Of a stretch of 64,000 nucleotides of DNA, positions 51,487-63,582 are shown piece by piece (the stretch's first letter is position 1; each line of letters opens with the position of its first letter). A program made the position numbers and the translations under genes. Origin of the DNA: Myxococcota bacterium (GTDB lineage: Bacteria; Myxococcota_A; UBA9042; PHBI01; JAWLBL01); assembly GCA_041687695.1 (NCBI GenBank), contig JAWLBL010000008.1:160001-224000 (forward strand), read 5' to 3'. The notes under the pieces are model-generated. The model saw only the letters and a program-made list of their open reading frames with translations. It was not told the DNA's origin and searched no databases.

Positions 51487-51507
51487 GCCCGCTCAGGGGC
51501 GTGGCGA

Positions 51508-53223
51508 TCAGGGGACGAGCGCCTGCTGGATCTCGAAGGCGAGCCCGGTCGGCGTCGGGGCGCCCGACACGGTCAGCTCACCGTACTGCGAGGCCACGGC
51601 CTCTCCGAAGGCGCGCAGGGCGGCGATGAGCTCGGCCACGGCCGGGTCGTCGCCCTCGCCGGCCATGAGGGCGATGCCGGCGATGGTCTCCTCGGTGTCG
51701 AGGCGCTCGAAGGCGGCGCGGTCGAGGCGCGCGAAGATCATCGGGGCGGTGGGGGCCGGCGGCGCCGTCAGGACGCGCGTCAGCGACTCGGGCGTGGCGC
51801 CCCCGAAGGCGGCGCCCAGGGCGGACTGGGTCAGCGCGACCCACAGGTCGCCCAGGTCGGGGACGCCGAAGTCGGCGAGCGGCAGCCGCACCGGACGGGC
51901 GTCGGGGCGCAGGCCGAGCTCGGCGACCGCGGGCAGGAGCGTCGCGGCGATGTCGACGAGCTGGGCGGCCTGAGGGCTGGCGACGACGACGGTGCCCTGG
52001 ACGACCTGGGGGACGCCGTCGTCCATGCGCAGGGTCGAGATGGCGAGATCGAAGCCGTGCAGGGCGGGGTAGGCGGCCAGGGTCTCGCGGAAGGCGACGG
52101 CGTTTTCGGCCAGCGGGTTGAGGGCCTGCAGGGACTCGCAGGTGTAGGGCTGGGTGCGCAGCTCGCCGAGGCGCTCGAGCAGGTCGAAGGCGAGCTTCTG
52201 GAGATCGATGGCGACGCCGAAGGTGGCGAAGCTGCCGCGGTGGAGGTCCGCGCCGAGCCCGGGGACGGTGGCGCGCGCGTTCGCCAGCATGGCGGCGACG
52301 TCCGAGGCGAGCTCGAGCTGCGCCACCCAGTGGCTGCGGCGGGCGTCGACGGCGCGGGCGCCGAAGGCGAGGCGGGGCGCGGCCTCGACGAGGCGGCGCA
52401 CCTCGGGGAGGCAGCCGGGAGGCAGCTCGGGGGCGCCGAGGGCGGCCGCCACACGCCCGTTGAGGCCGGTGGCCGCGGGCGTGAGGGCCTCGAGCAGGCG
52501 CAGGTGATCGAGGTAACCCAGGCCCCAGGCGCGCACGTCGTAGGCGCGGGCGAGGCGCTCGAGGGCGCCGGTGGTCGCGAGGCTGGGGCCGCCCAGGCGG
52601 CCGAGCAGGACGGCGTCCAGGACCAGGTCACGCGTGCCGGGCGTGAAGAGGGCGGTCGCGAGCTCGTCGCCCTGGACGGCCACGACCAGCTGCAGCTCGC
52701 CGCCGAGGAGGTCGACGACCTGGGCGCGGACGCCGTGGTGGTCGAGCGTCTGCGGGGTCAGGCGCAGGTGGGCGAAGACCCGGTCGAGGGTCGCCCGGAA
52801 GCGCTCGCCGCTCGCGAGGCGGCCGCGGATGGCCGGCATCAGCCCGACCCCGTAGATCAGCATGGGCGCTTCGAGATCGATGCCGAGCTGCGTCAGGCCC
52901 TGCGGGCTCATGCGGCCGCGCAGCTCGCCCAGCAGCCCGAGCACGGCCTGGAGTTCGAACCCCAGCGCCTCGGGGCCGAGCTGGCCGGCCACGGCGTCGA
53001 CCGCGTTCAGCAGGCGCTCGGTCGCGGGGGCGATGCGCGTCAGCTCGCGCGACCAGGTGCCCTCGGGGGCGCGCTCGACGGCGCCGAAGACGTACGGCGA
53101 GTCGGCGGGGACCCACGCGGCCAGCGGATCGCCGGCGCGCGGCAGGTCGTCGGGGCGGGGCTTGGCGCCGCCGCAGCCGACCAGGAGGCTGACGAGCGCC
53201 ACAGCGCACAGCTTGGAGGACAT
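51508..53223 (-). CDS. Hypothetical lipoprotein
   Basis: Lipobox LVGC; 571-aa ORF with coding-like bias. Confidence 0.7.
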   Translation of the reverse strand: MSSKLCAVALVSLLVGCGGAKPRPDDLPRAGDPLAAWVPADSPYVFGAVERAPEGTWSRELTRIAPATERLLNAVDAVAGQLGPEALGFELQAVLGLLGELRGRMSPQGLTQLGIDLEAPMLIYGVGLMPAIRGRLASGERFRATLDRVFAHLRLTPQTLDHHGVRAQVVDLLGGELQLVVAVQGDELATALFTPGTRDLVLDAVLLGRLGGPSLATTGALERLARAYDVRAWGLGYLDHLRLLEALTPAATGLNGRVAAALGAPELPPGCLPEVRRLVEAAPRLAFGARAVDARRSHWVAQLELASDVAAMLANARATVPGLGADLHRGSFATFGVAIDLQKLAFDLLERLGELRTQPYTCESLQALNPLAENAVAFRETLAAYPALHGFDLAISTLRMDDGVPQVVQGTVVVASPQAAQLVDIAATLLPAVAELGLRPDARPVRLPLADFGVPDLGDLWVALTQSALGAAFGGATPESLTRVLTAPPAPTAPMIFARLDRAAFERLDTEETIAGIALMAGEGDDPAVAELIAALRAFGEAVASQYGELTVSGAPTPTGLAFEIQQALVP

Positions 53224-53298
53224 CGGCGCACCTCGAGCTTCTTTGGGTGAGGGTGGGAGCCCGCTGCATACCCGACCCGGCCGGCGAGGGCCAATGAT

Positions 53299-55185
53299 TC
53301 AGCCGGCGCGTTTCTTGAGATGGATGAGCAGCGCGCTGACGGCGGCCGGCGGCACGCCCATCATGCGGCTGACCTGGCCGATGTTGCGCGGGCGCGCGCG
53401 GAGCAGGCGCTCTTTGACCTCGGTGGTGATGCCCGCGACGGCCGCGTAGTCGAGGTCCCCCGGGAGGGCGACGTCCTCGAGCTTGCGGAAGCGCTCGACC
53501 TGCCTGTCCTGCCGCGCGATGTAGCCGGCGTACTTCACCCGGACCTCGATCTTCTCGGTCACCTCGGGCGGCAGCGCCGCGACCCACTCGGCGCCCAGGG
53601 CGGGCAGGTGCGCGGCCTCGACCTCGGGGCGGCGCAGCACCTCCTCAAGCGTGGCCGGCTTCACCAGCGGCGCCGACCCCAGCGCCGCCAGGCGATCGTT
53701 GGTCGCGTCGCAGGGGGTGATCTGGGTCGCCCGGAGCCGCTCGAGCCCGGCCTCGACCGTCGCTAGGCGCGCCTCGAAGGCCGCCCAGGTCGCGTCGTCG
53801 ACCAGCCCCAGCGCCCGCCCGCGCGGCATCAGCCGCTCGTCGGCGTTGTCCTCGCGCAACATCAGCCGGTACTCGGCCCGCGACGTGAACATCCGATACG
53901 GCTCGTCCACCCCGCGCGTCACCAGGTCGTCGACCAGCACGCCCGCGTACCCCTCGGCGCGGTCGACCACAAAGGGCGCCTCGCCGCGCACCCGCAGCGC
54001 GGCGTTGACCCCGGCGAGCAGCCCCTGGATGGCGGCCTCCTCGTAGCCGGTCGTGCCGTTGATCTGGCCGGCCAGATACAGGCCGTCGACCCGGCGCACG
54101 GCCAGCGCGTGGTCCAGCTCGGTCGGCGGCACGAAGTCGTACTCGACGGCGTAGCCGGGGCGGCTGATCTCGGCGCGCTCGAGCCCCGGGATGGACCGCA
54201 CCATCGCGATCTGAACGTCGATGGGAAGGCTGGTCGAGATGCCGTTGGGGTAGATCTCGCGCGTCGTGAGCCCCTCGGGCTCGAGGAAGATCTGGTGGCG
54301 CTCCTTGTCGGCGAAGCGGACGATCTTGTCCTCGATGGACGGGCAGTAGCGCGGCCCCGTGCCGACGATGTCGCCCGAGTACATCGGCGAGCGGTGCAGG
54401 CTCTGCCGGATGAGGTCGTGGGTGCGCGGCGTCGTCCAGGTGATGTGGCACGGGACCTGCGGCATCACCACGCGGCTGCCGTACATCGCGAAGGGGCGCG
54501 GCGGGTCGTCGCCCGGCTGCACCTCGAGCCCCTCCCAGTCGATGGTGCGCGCGTCCAGGCGCGGCACGGTGCCCGTCTTCAGCCGCCCGAGCGGCAGCCC
54601 CAGCCGCTCGAGCGTCGCGCTGAGCCCATAGGCGGCCCGGTCGCCGGCGCGCCCGGCCTTGACCTTGGTCTCGCCGTAGTGGCACAGGCCGCGCATGAAC
54701 GTCCCGCTGGTCACCACCACCGCGCCCGCCAGGTAGCGCACCCCCAGGTCGGTGTCGACCCCGCGCACGACCGGCCGGCCGTCGACCTCCTCCCAGGCCA
54801 GATCCAGCACGTCGGCCTGCTTGACCACCACCCCGGGCTGGCTCTCGACCACCAGCCGCATCTCGGCCGCGTACGCCACCTTGTCGGCCTGCGCCCGGCT
54901 GGCCCGCACGGCCGGCCCCTTGCTGGTGTTCAGCCGCCGGAACTGGATGCCCGTCCGGTCGGTCACCCGCGCCATGGCGCCGCCCAGGGCGTCCACCTCC
55001 TTGACCAGGTGCCCCTTGCCGAGCCCCCCGATGGCCGGGTTGCAGCTCATCCAGCCGACGCGGTCGATGTTCTGCGTCACCAGCAGCACCGACGCGCCCA
55101 TGCGCGCGGCCGCCAGCGCCGCCTCACACCCCGCGTGGCCCGCCCCGATGACGGCCACGTCGAACGCGCGGTCGTAGACCAGCAC
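53299..55185 (-). CDS. mnmG: tRNA uridine-5-carboxymethylaminomethyl(34) synthesis enzyme
   Basis: [58 protein letters not shown]. Confidence 0.97.
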   Translation of the reverse strand: MLVYDRAFDVAVIGAGHAGCEAALAAARMGASVLLVTQNIDRVGWMSCNPAIGGLGKGHLVKEVDALGGAMARVTDRTGIQFRRLNTSKGPAVRASRAQADKVAYAAEMRLVVESQPGVVVKQADVLDLAWEEVDGRPVVRGVDTDLGVRYLAGAVVVTSGTFMRGLCHYGETKVKAGRAGDRAAYGLSATLERLGLPLGRLKTGTVPRLDARTIDWEGLEVQPGDDPPRPFAMYGSRVVMPQVPCHITWTTPRTHDLIRQSLHRSPMYSGDIVGTGPRYCPSIEDKIVRFADKERHQIFLEPEGLTTREIYPNGISTSLPIDVQIAMVRSIPGLERAEISRPGYAVEYDFVPPTELDHALAVRRVDGLYLAGQINGTTGYEEAAIQGLLAGVNAALRVRGEAPFVVDRAEGYAGVLVDDLVTRGVDEPYRMFTSRAEYRLMLREDNADERLMPRGRALGLVDDATWAAFEARLATVEAGLERLRATQITPCDATNDRLAALGSAPLVKPATLEEVLRRPEVEAAHLPALGAEWVAALPPEVTEKIEVRVKYAGYIARQDRQVERFRKLEDVALPGDLDYAAVAGITTEVKERLLRARPRNIGQVSRMMGVPPAAVSALLIHLKKRAG

Positions 55186-55188
55186 GCG

Positions 55189-55980
55189 CTACCTCTCCTT
55201 GCAGTCTTTCCCGAGCGTCTCGAGGCGCTTGGCCGCCTGGGCCGCCTCGGGCGCGCTCTTGTACTGCTTGCGCAGGTAGTCGTAGATGTCCTTGGCCCGC
55301 TTGCACGCGCCCTGGACCGTCATCAGCTCGCCGATGCGCAGCACGGCCTTGGGCGCCTGATCCCCTTGCGGGTAGCGGCCCTCGACCGCCCCGTAGGTCT
55401 TGATGGCCGCCGTCAGATCGTTCTCCTGCTCCTGGACGCCGCCGATCGCCATCAGGGCGTCGTCGGCCCGCGGGTCGCTCGGGAAGCTGGCCTCGAAGGT
55501 CTGGTAGATGGCCTTGGCCTCGAGCAGTTGCCCGGCCTTGCGGCGGTCCTCGGCGGCCTTCCACATCCCGTCGGCGTCCTTGGGGAGATCCGCCGGCAGG
55601 AACAGCCGCGTCGAGCCGAGCTTGTCGGCCAGCTCGCGCTTGATGACCTCGACGTCGCGCAGCGCCCGCTCGAGCCGCACCTGCAGCGCCTCGAGGTCGC
55701 CCTTGAGCTTGGGCATGTCGGCCTCGAGCCGCTCGACCCGGATGCCCAGGTTCGCGCCCTGGTTCCGCAGCGTCTCCTCGGCCTGCGTCAGCAGCGCGTG
55801 GAGGTTCTCCATGCGCTTGACGTCCTGCTCCATGGTCGCCTTGACGCGCTCGCGCTCGAGCTCGAGCTCCTTGACGCGCGCCGTGAGCTTCTCGTGCTCG
55901 CCCAGCGTGGCGCACCCCGGCGTCGCCACGGCCAGCGCGGCGAGGACCAGACCAACGAAAACGCCCGAGCGGTTCGACAC
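55189..55980 (-). CDS. cpoB: CpoB/YbgF-like coiled-coil + TPR lipoprotein
   Basis: Lipobox, coiled coil, FPSDPRADDAL and YPQGDQAPKA TPRs; downstream of the pal-like gene. Confidence 0.75.
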   Translation of the reverse strand: MSNRSGVFVGLVLAALAVATPGCATLGEHEKLTARVKELELERERVKATMEQDVKRMENLHALLTQAEETLRNQGANLGIRVERLEADMPKLKGDLEALQVRLERALRDVEVIKRELADKLGSTRLFLPADLPKDADGMWKAAEDRRKAGQLLEAKAIYQTFEASFPSDPRADDALMAIGGVQEQENDLTAAIKTYGAVEGRYPQGDQAPKAVLRIGELMTVQGACKRAKDIYDYLRKQYKSAPEAAQAAKRLETLGKDCKER

Positions 55981-55987
55981 GCTCGGG

Positions 55988-56016
55988 CGTTTAGCTTGGC
56001 GGAGGGGGCCCGTCAA
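55988..56016 (-). promoter_or_regulatory. Putative promoter just upstream of the cpoB start
   Basis: TTGACG-N17-TAAACG ending 7 nt before the GTG. Confidence 0.4.
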
Positions 56017-56023
56017 GGGAGGG

Positions 56024-56797
56024 CTACCGGCGCTCGGTCTCGACGCGGCGGTTCTGCTGCCAGCACTCCTCGTTGCTCTGGTTGCAGACGGGCCGCTCCT
56101 CACCGTAGCTGATGGTGCTGATGAGGTCGTCCGTCACGCCGAGCTGGCGGTACTGGCGGGCGACGGCGTTGGCGCGGCGCTGGCCCAGGGCCAGGTTGTA
56201 CTCGTCCGAGCCGCGCTCGTCGGCGTGCCCCGACACCTGGTGCGCGGCGGCGCGCTCGCGGATGCAGGTCGCGTTGTCGCGCACCTTCTGCTCCTCGCTC
56301 AGGCGGATGGTGTACTCGTTGAAGTCGAAGTAGACCGCCTCGGTGTCGCAGGCCGCCACGCACTCGTTGTTCACGCAGCGCTGGCCCGCCGGGCACTGGG
56401 CGTCACCGGTGCAGGCCACGTCGGGCACGCACGAGCCGCCCGCGCAGCGCTGGCCGGCCGGGCAGTGCTCGTTGGTGCGGCACAGGCCGCCGCAGGTGCC
56501 GGTGACCGCGTCCGGGGTGTCCTTCCAGCAGCGGCCGCCGGGGCAGTCCAGGTCGCTCTTGCAGCAGCCGGCGCGGCGGACGCAGGCGTTGTTCGCGCCG
56601 CACTCCTGGCACGGGTCGATCTGCGCGCACTGCGCGTCGTCGCGGCACTGGCGGCAGAAGCCGTTGACGCAGACCTCGTTCTGCTTGGCGCAGTGCTTGT
56701 CGGCCTCGCACTTCGGGTACTCGGGGCCGCACGCGGTCATCAGCGCCAACAGGGCGGCGGCGAACAGGAACGGCACGAGGCGAATCGACCGGGTCAT
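56024..56797 (-). CDS. pal: Pal/OmpA-family peptidoglycan-binding lipoprotein with Cys-rich N-terminal repeats
   Basis: Lipobox MTAC; VYFDFN, GHADERGSDEYNLALGQRRA, ISYGEERP, QNRRVE. Confidence 0.85.
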   Translation of the reverse strand: MTRSIRLVPFLFAAALLALMTACGPEYPKCEADKHCAKQNEVCVNGFCRQCRDDAQCAQIDPCQECGANNACVRRAGCCKSDLDCPGGRCWKDTPDAVTGTCGGLCRTNEHCPAGQRCAGGSCVPDVACTGDAQCPAGQRCVNNECVAACDTEAVYFDFNEYTIRLSEEQKVRDNATCIRERAAAHQVSGHADERGSDEYNLALGQRRANAVARQYRQLGVTDDLISTISYGEERPVCNQSNEECWQQNRRVETERR

Positions 56798-56947
56798 GGC
56801 GGGGTCCTCTCCAAGGCGAAGCGAGGTCAAGGGCGCGTGCGGCGACGCCCGTCTGGGCGACAGCAGGATGCGATGGCAATGGAACGGGAAATGATGGTGT
56901 CGGGTCGACGTGGCCTGTCCCGCGCGTGCGGGGCCACGTCGAGCGCG

Positions 56948-56976
56948 AACATGGAGTCAAGCCCGTCGACTGTCAA
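56948..56976 (-). promoter_or_regulatory. Putative promoter for pal
   Basis: TTGACA-N17-CATGTT. Confidence 0.4.
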
Positions 56977-57220
56977 GACAAAGCAGTCCATGCGAAAGCG
57001 CCTGTCATGGCGCGCCGCAGGGGGCCCGCCGGTGTGCGCCTCCGACTTGGTCGACGCGGCGCCCACCCGGGCTCCGCCGACGGCCCGATGCGCGTCCCTC
57101 GCCCGGTCGCCGCGCCCGCTCCCGCCGCGGGTTCGGCTCGCGCGGCCCGCGTAACCCTTGCGCGGCTGGCCGGCGTCTGTTTCATTGTCGCGGCTTTCGC
57201 CCCCGCGGCGCGTGAGGAGC

Positions 57221-58777
57221 ATGAGCCTGGAGAGCCCCCCCTACGTCGAACCGGCGCCGACCGCGCCCCCGCCGAGCCCGCCGGGCGACCGCGCCTTCTG
57301 GCGCCTCGACCGGGAGCTGACGGGGCGGCTGCTCCGGCTCGCGTACCCGGTCGTGCTCGCGATGCTCACGCAGACGGCCATCAACCTGCTCGACACGATC
57401 ATGGTCGGGCGGCTGCCCAAGCAGTACAGCATCGCCGGGCAGTCGGCCATCGGCTACTCCCTCATCATGATGTGGGCGGTCGGCGGCTTCCTGTCCGCCA
57501 TGCAGGTCGGCACGCAGGCCATCGTCGCCCGCCGCTTCGGCGAGGCCTCCTGGCTCGGCTCGGGCCGCGCGCTCGCGAACTCGCTGGTGCTGACGGTGAC
57601 CAGCGGCCTCATCGCGGCCATCTGCGGCTACCTGTTCGTCGCCGACGTCTTCCCCTTCTTCAACTCGGACCCCGACGTCCTGCGGGTCGGCATCCCCTAC
57701 GCCGAGTGGCGCATGCTCGGCGTCTTCTCCATGGTCGCCACCGTCTCGTACAAGGCGTTCTTCGACGGCGTCGGCTTCACCAAGGCCCACATGATGGCCG
57801 CCATCGTGATGAACGTGGCGAACGTCATCCTCAACTACGTCCTCATCTTCGGCGCCGGCCCCATCGAGCCCATGTACGTCGAGGGCGCCGGCATCGCCTC
57901 GGCCATCGCCAGCATGCTCGGCTTCGTCGTCATGTTCGGCTTCTCCCTGTGGCCCAAGTTCATCAAGCGCTACCGCTACTACCGCCTGGGCAACGTCAGC
58001 CGCGAGCTCATCTGGGAGATCGTCCGCCTGTCCGTCCCGAGCGGCCTCGCGACCGTCTTCGTCATGAGCGGCTTCGGCCTGTTCCTCAAGATCGTCGGCA
58101 TGCTCGACCAGCAGGCCGTGGTCAAGAGCGTCGAAGCGGCCGGCTTCTGGGCGGCCGAGGCCGTCCCGTGGCTGACCGCCGCCGAGGGCGTCCCCGCCGT
58201 GGGCGATCTCGGCCTGCACGCCATCCAGGCGCGCCCTCCCATCTACGTCGCCGCGACCAAGGTCATCATCGACATCCTGTCCATCACCTTCATGACCTCC
58301 ATCGCCTTCGGCACCGCTACGGCCACGCTCGTCGGGCAATCCCTGGGCGCCGGCCGCCCCGACCTCGCCGAGCGCTACGGCTGGGAGTCGGTCCGCATCG
58401 GCGGCTACGTCATGGGCGTCGTCGGCCTGGCCGCCATCCTCTTCCCGGACGCGCTCTTCAGCCTCTTCTCGAAGGATCTCGAGGTCATCGAGGCCGGGCG
58501 CGGCGCCCTGCGGATGCTGGGAGGCTGCGAGGCCCTGCTGGCCATCGCGCTCATCCTGGCGCAGGCCCTGTACGGCGCGGGCAACACCAAGTACGTGATG
58601 AAGGTCGAGCTCGTCCTGCACATGACGTGCCTCGTCCCGCTCGCCTACCTGTTGGGCATCGTCTGGGACTTCGGCCTCATCGGGATCTGGCTGGCGGCCT
58701 TCATCTACGCCGTCCTGATGTGCTGGGCCATGGTCTGGAAGTTCAAGAGCGGCGACTGGAAGCACATCGAGCTCTGA
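57221..58777 (+). CDS. MATE family efflux transporter
   Basis: LRLAYPVV, DTIMVGRL, NVILNYVLIFG, TLVGQSLGAG; about 12 TM. Confidence 0.9.
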   Translation: MSLESPPYVEPAPTAPPPSPPGDRAFWRLDRELTGRLLRLAYPVVLAMLTQTAINLLDTIMVGRLPKQYSIAGQSAIGYSLIMMWAVGGFLSAMQVGTQAIVARRFGEASWLGSGRALANSLVLTVTSGLIAAICGYLFVADVFPFFNSDPDVLRVGIPYAEWRMLGVFSMVATVSYKAFFDGVGFTKAHMMAAIVMNVANVILNYVLIFGAGPIEPMYVEGAGIASAIASMLGFVVMFGFSLWPKFIKRYRYYRLGNVSRELIWEIVRLSVPSGLATVFVMSGFGLFLKIVGMLDQQAVVKSVEAAGFWAAEAVPWLTAAEGVPAVGDLGLHAIQARPPIYVAATKVIIDILSITFMTSIAFGTATATLVGQSLGAGRPDLAERYGWESVRIGGYVMGVVGLAAILFPDALFSLFSKDLEVIEAGRGALRMLGGCEALLAIALILAQALYGAGNTKYVMKVELVLHMTCLVPLAYLLGIVWDFGLIGIWLAAFIYAVLMCWAMVWKFKSGDWKHIEL

Positions 58778-58807
58778 GGCGTTCGGACGCCTGCCGGGGG
58801 GAGCGCC

Positions 58808-60163
<1,356 letters not shown>

Positions 60164-60179
60164 CGGCCAGGGGGACGGC

Positions 60180-60776
60180 ATGCGCAGGGCGACGGTGGTG
60201 GCGTGGGCGGCGGCGGCGCTGCTGGGGTGTGACGCGGGCGGCGGCGAGGCGACGCCCACGGCGCCGGACGCGAGCGGGTCGGCCAAGGGCTCGCCCGCGA
60301 CGGCCTGGCCGGTGACCGACGCTACGGTCAAGACGCCGGCCTACGGGGTCAGCTGCCGGCTGGCGGTCGACGACGTCGTGACGGTGGCGTCCAACGGCGC
60401 GGCCGACGACGCGCTGACGCTCTCGGCGCCGGCTTCGGGGCCGGCGACCCTGTCGCTGACGGTGACCGGCGCGGGCGGGACCTTCGAGGCGCAGGTGACG
60501 GCGGCGCGGGCGCTGCTCGGCAAGAGCTACCGCGAGGCGACCGGGACGGCGTCCCTGGGCGGACAGTCCTGGACCGTGGTCGACGGGACGCTCTGCTTCG
60601 CCGAGAAGCTGGCCACCGGGCAGGCCGTCGAGGGCGAGCTGTCGCTGATTCTGGCGCGGCCGGAGGGCGGGCACCAGTCGGTCGCCGGGACCTTCACCTT
60701 GCCGGGGGCGGCCGTCGACGCCGGCTCGGACCCGACGACGGTCGCGGCGACCGCGCTGGACGTCGATCTGCGCTGA
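60180..60776 (+). CDS. Hypothetical lipoprotein
   Basis: Lipobox LLGC; GGGGA RBS. Confidence 0.65.
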   Translation: MRRATVVAWAAAALLGCDAGGGEATPTAPDASGSAKGSPATAWPVTDATVKTPAYGVSCRLAVDDVVTVASNGAADDALTLSAPASGPATLSLTVTGAGGTFEAQVTAARALLGKSYREATGTASLGGQSWTVVDGTLCFAEKLATGQAVEGELSLILARPEGGHQSVAGTFTLPGAAVDAGSDPTTVAATALDVDLR

Positions 60777-60907
60777 CCGGGGCGCGGCTTTCGGCGGGCG
60801 GACGCGGGGAGCGCGCCGCCTTGACGTCGCGAAACCCCGCGTGATACCCGTGGAAACCTCGGCCGGCCGGGCCTGCCTGGCGTCCTCGACGAGCGGAGCG
60901 GAACGTC

Positions 60908-61930
60908 GTGATTGTCTGCCCATCCTGCGGGAAGGATAACGAAGACTTCTTCATGTTCTGCCTCGGGTGCGGGTCCGATCTGACGGCGGCGCAGGCGGCC
61001 TCCTCCGCGGCCGCACCCGACGATCCGGCCGAGCCGCCCGACGCCGCCGAACCCAAGCTGGCGCCACGCGCGCCGGCGGCGCCGCGCCTCGGGGGGACGG
61101 TGCCGTTCCAGCACAGCGCCGCGACGTCGACCACCGACTGGATCGACCAGTCGTCGCTCGGGCAGCCGGAGATCGTCCCGACGCTCGACTACGACCCCGA
61201 CGTGCGGACCGTGGTGCAAAAGCCCGCGCAGCTCGCCGTGGACGACGGGGCGGGCGTGGTCATCGAGACCGCCGACGAGGGCGTCGAGAGCCCGGCGCGC
61301 ATCGTCCTCATCAACGAGGACGGCTCCGACGGGGAGGGGTTCACCCTCACCCGCGCGACGACGGTCATCGGACGCGAGGGCGCCGACATCGACTTCGGCG
61401 ACGACGACTTCCTGGCCGGCCGCCACGCGGTGCTGTTCTACGAGAGCGGACGGCTGTTCGTACAGCCGCTGGCGACGACCAACGGCGTCTACAAGCGCAT
61501 CCTGGACCAGTCCGAGCTCGAGTCGGGCGACGCCTTCCGCATCGGCCAGGAGCTGCTTCGCTTCGAACTGGTGCGCGACATGGTGGGCCCGGTCGAGCGG
61601 GACGCCGACGGGACCATCGGCCTGGCGAGCCCCCTGCCGCCGGACACCTGGGGGCGCCTCGCGCAGCTGGTGTCGCTCGAGGACGTCGGCAGCGCCTTCT
61701 TGCTCAGCGGCGACGAGATCTTCCTCGGACGCGAGCGCGGCGACATCACCTTCCCCGAGGACGGCTACGTCTCGGGCAGCCACGCGGTCATCGTGCGCCG
61801 GGGCGGGCGGTTCTTCCTCAAGGACCTGGGCTCGTCCAACGGCACCTACGTCCGGCTCAAGGCCAAGGCCGGGCTCGACGACGGCGACCTCATCCTGGCC
61901 GGGCAGCAGCTCTTCCGCATCGAAGCCTGA
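60908..61930 (+). CDS. Zinc-ribbon plus tandem FHA domain protein
   Basis: CPSCG...CLGCG; two FHA domains (GR..RH..NG; GR..SGSH..SSNGT). Confidence 0.85.
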   Translation: MIVCPSCGKDNEDFFMFCLGCGSDLTAAQAASSAAAPDDPAEPPDAAEPKLAPRAPAAPRLGGTVPFQHSAATSTTDWIDQSSLGQPEIVPTLDYDPDVRTVVQKPAQLAVDDGAGVVIETADEGVESPARIVLINEDGSDGEGFTLTRATTVIGREGADIDFGDDDFLAGRHAVLFYESGRLFVQPLATTNGVYKRILDQSELESGDAFRIGQELLRFELVRDMVGPVERDADGTIGLASPLPPDTWGRLAQLVSLEDVGSAFLLSGDEIFLGRERGDITFPEDGYVSGSHAVIVRRGGRFFLKDLGSSNGTYVRLKAKAGLDDGDLILAGQQLFRIEA

Positions 61931-61963
61931 CCGCGTCGGCCGGCGTCGGCCGCTCGGAAGGCG

Positions 61964-62947
61964 TCAGCCGGCGGCTGCAGAGGCGCGGGGCTCGGCGGGT
62001 AGCTCGGGAGCGGGCGCCGTCACCAGGGCGCGCCGCACACGCCAGCGGGCCGCGAGGGTGTCGGGACGCGGCGTCGCGGCCGCGGGGCGCGCCAGGCCGT
62101 GCTCGTCCACGAAGCGGCGGATGCGGGTCTCGAGCACGTCGGGCAGCTCGATGGGAGCCGTGTGGCTGCCGCCGGGCAGGACCTCGAGCTCGCCGTGGGG
62201 CAGGGTCGAGGCCAGGAACTGGCTGGTGTGGGCGGGCGTGAAGCCGTCGCGCTCGCCGGCCAGCACCAGGAAGGGCTGCGACAGCCGATGCAGGAAGGCC
62301 ACGCTGGTGCGCTCGGCCGCGTCCTCGAGCATCGTCACGAACAGATCGAGCGGCATGCGCGAGAAGTGGTCGAGGTACGGCATGAAGTCCTCGCGCCGCA
62401 CCAGGGTCCGATTGATCTCGCCGAGCTTGGCCAGCTCGAAGCTGAAGCGGGTCGGCATGAAGGCCTGGACGACGCGCTGGGCGATGGGCCGATAGCGGGT
62501 CATCAGCTCCTTGATGCGCGGCAGCACGCGGGCGCCGACGTCCGTGTTCTTGAAGGTGTCGAGCGCCCGGCCGTACGAGCCGCAGACCAGCACGCCAGCG
62601 CGCACGCGCTCGGGGTGCCGCCAGGCCATCTCGAGCACCACCTGCACGCCCATCGAGTGGCCGAAGAACACGGCCGGGCCCAGCTCGTGACGCTGCATCA
62701 GCTCGGCCAGGTCGCCGGCGAGGTGGGGCAGGGTGACCGCCTCGGCGTCGCGGGGCAGCCCGGAGCGGCCGTGGCCCCGGTAGTGCATGTGCAGCACCTG
62801 GAAGCGCTCGAGCAGCACCGGGCGCAGGTAGCGCCAGACGTAGCCGTCGCACGAGATGCCGTCGCACAGGACGGCCACCGGCGCATCGGGCGGGCCCTCG
62901 AGCGTGTAGGCGATGCGGGTTCCGTCGGCGACTCGGCAGTGCTTCAC
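61964..62947 (-). CDS. Alpha/beta hydrolase
   Basis: YRGHGRS, GHSMG, GERDGFTP, GSHTAPIE. Confidence 0.9.
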   Translation of the reverse strand: MKHCRVADGTRIAYTLEGPPDAPVAVLCDGISCDGYVWRYLRPVLLERFQVLHMHYRGHGRSGLPRDAEAVTLPHLAGDLAELMQRHELGPAVFFGHSMGVQVVLEMAWRHPERVRAGVLVCGSYGRALDTFKNTDVGARVLPRIKELMTRYRPIAQRVVQAFMPTRFSFELAKLGEINRTLVRREDFMPYLDHFSRMPLDLFVTMLEDAAERTSVAFLHRLSQPFLVLAGERDGFTPAHTSQFLASTLPHGELEVLPGGSHTAPIELPDVLETRIRRFVDEHGLARPAAATPRPDTLAARWRVRRALVTAPAPELPAEPRASAAAG

Positions 62948-63582
62948 GGCAGCTTCCAGGACATCTTCACCTGCGCGGGTGCGCCCGCGACGATCAGGTG
63001 GACCGCCTGCCCGCTCGCGGCGAGGGGCTCGCCGGTCGGCAGGACCCGCGGGAAGCGCACTTCCCACAGAGTGTATTGATCCCCCATGTACGGGTACAGC
63101 TGTCGCCACGTCGGGTTGCTGCTGCGCTTGCGGTCGACCAGCGTCGGCCGGACGAACCGGCCGGCGTCGTCCTCGAGGCGCAGATCCCAGATGCCGTCGC
63201 GCGGGTCGAGCCGGTTCCAGCTGGGCTCGTGGGTGGCCGTGGCGATCATGACCACCCAGGCCTCCTCCAGCTCGGCCAGCTCCGTCGCGAGCAGCTGCTC
63301 GCGCTGCGAGTCGGGCAGCGCGAAGATGCGGGCGTACTCCAGCACCCAGGCGCGGCGGAACGGCTCGGTCTTGAGCGTCGCGTACACGAAGAGGCGGCTC
63401 TCCATGTCCTCGTACGTCTCGACGTGGCGCGTCCAGACCTTGCGCGTCTCGGTGTAGGACTCCACCGGGCCGTCGATCGACTGCAGGGCCACGCCACAGC
63501 CGGCAAGCAGCGCCGCCACGAGCGCCAGCGCCACGCCCACGCCAAAGCGTGGCCGCGCTAGGCCGATCCGCGGCCTCGTCAC
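62944..63582 (-). CDS. Hypothetical lipoprotein
   Basis: Lipobox LAGC; 4-bp overlaps with both neighbours. Confidence 0.65.
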   Translation of the reverse strand: MTRPRIGLARPRFGVGVALALVAALLAGCGVALQSIDGPVESYTETRKVWTRHVETYEDMESRLFVYATLKTEPFRRAWVLEYARIFALPDSQREQLLATELAELEEAWVVMIATATHEPSWNRLDPRDGIWDLRLEDDAGRFVRPTLVDRKRSSNPTWRQLYPYMGDQYTLWEVRFPRVLPTGEPLAASGQAVHLIVAGAPAQVKMSWKLP

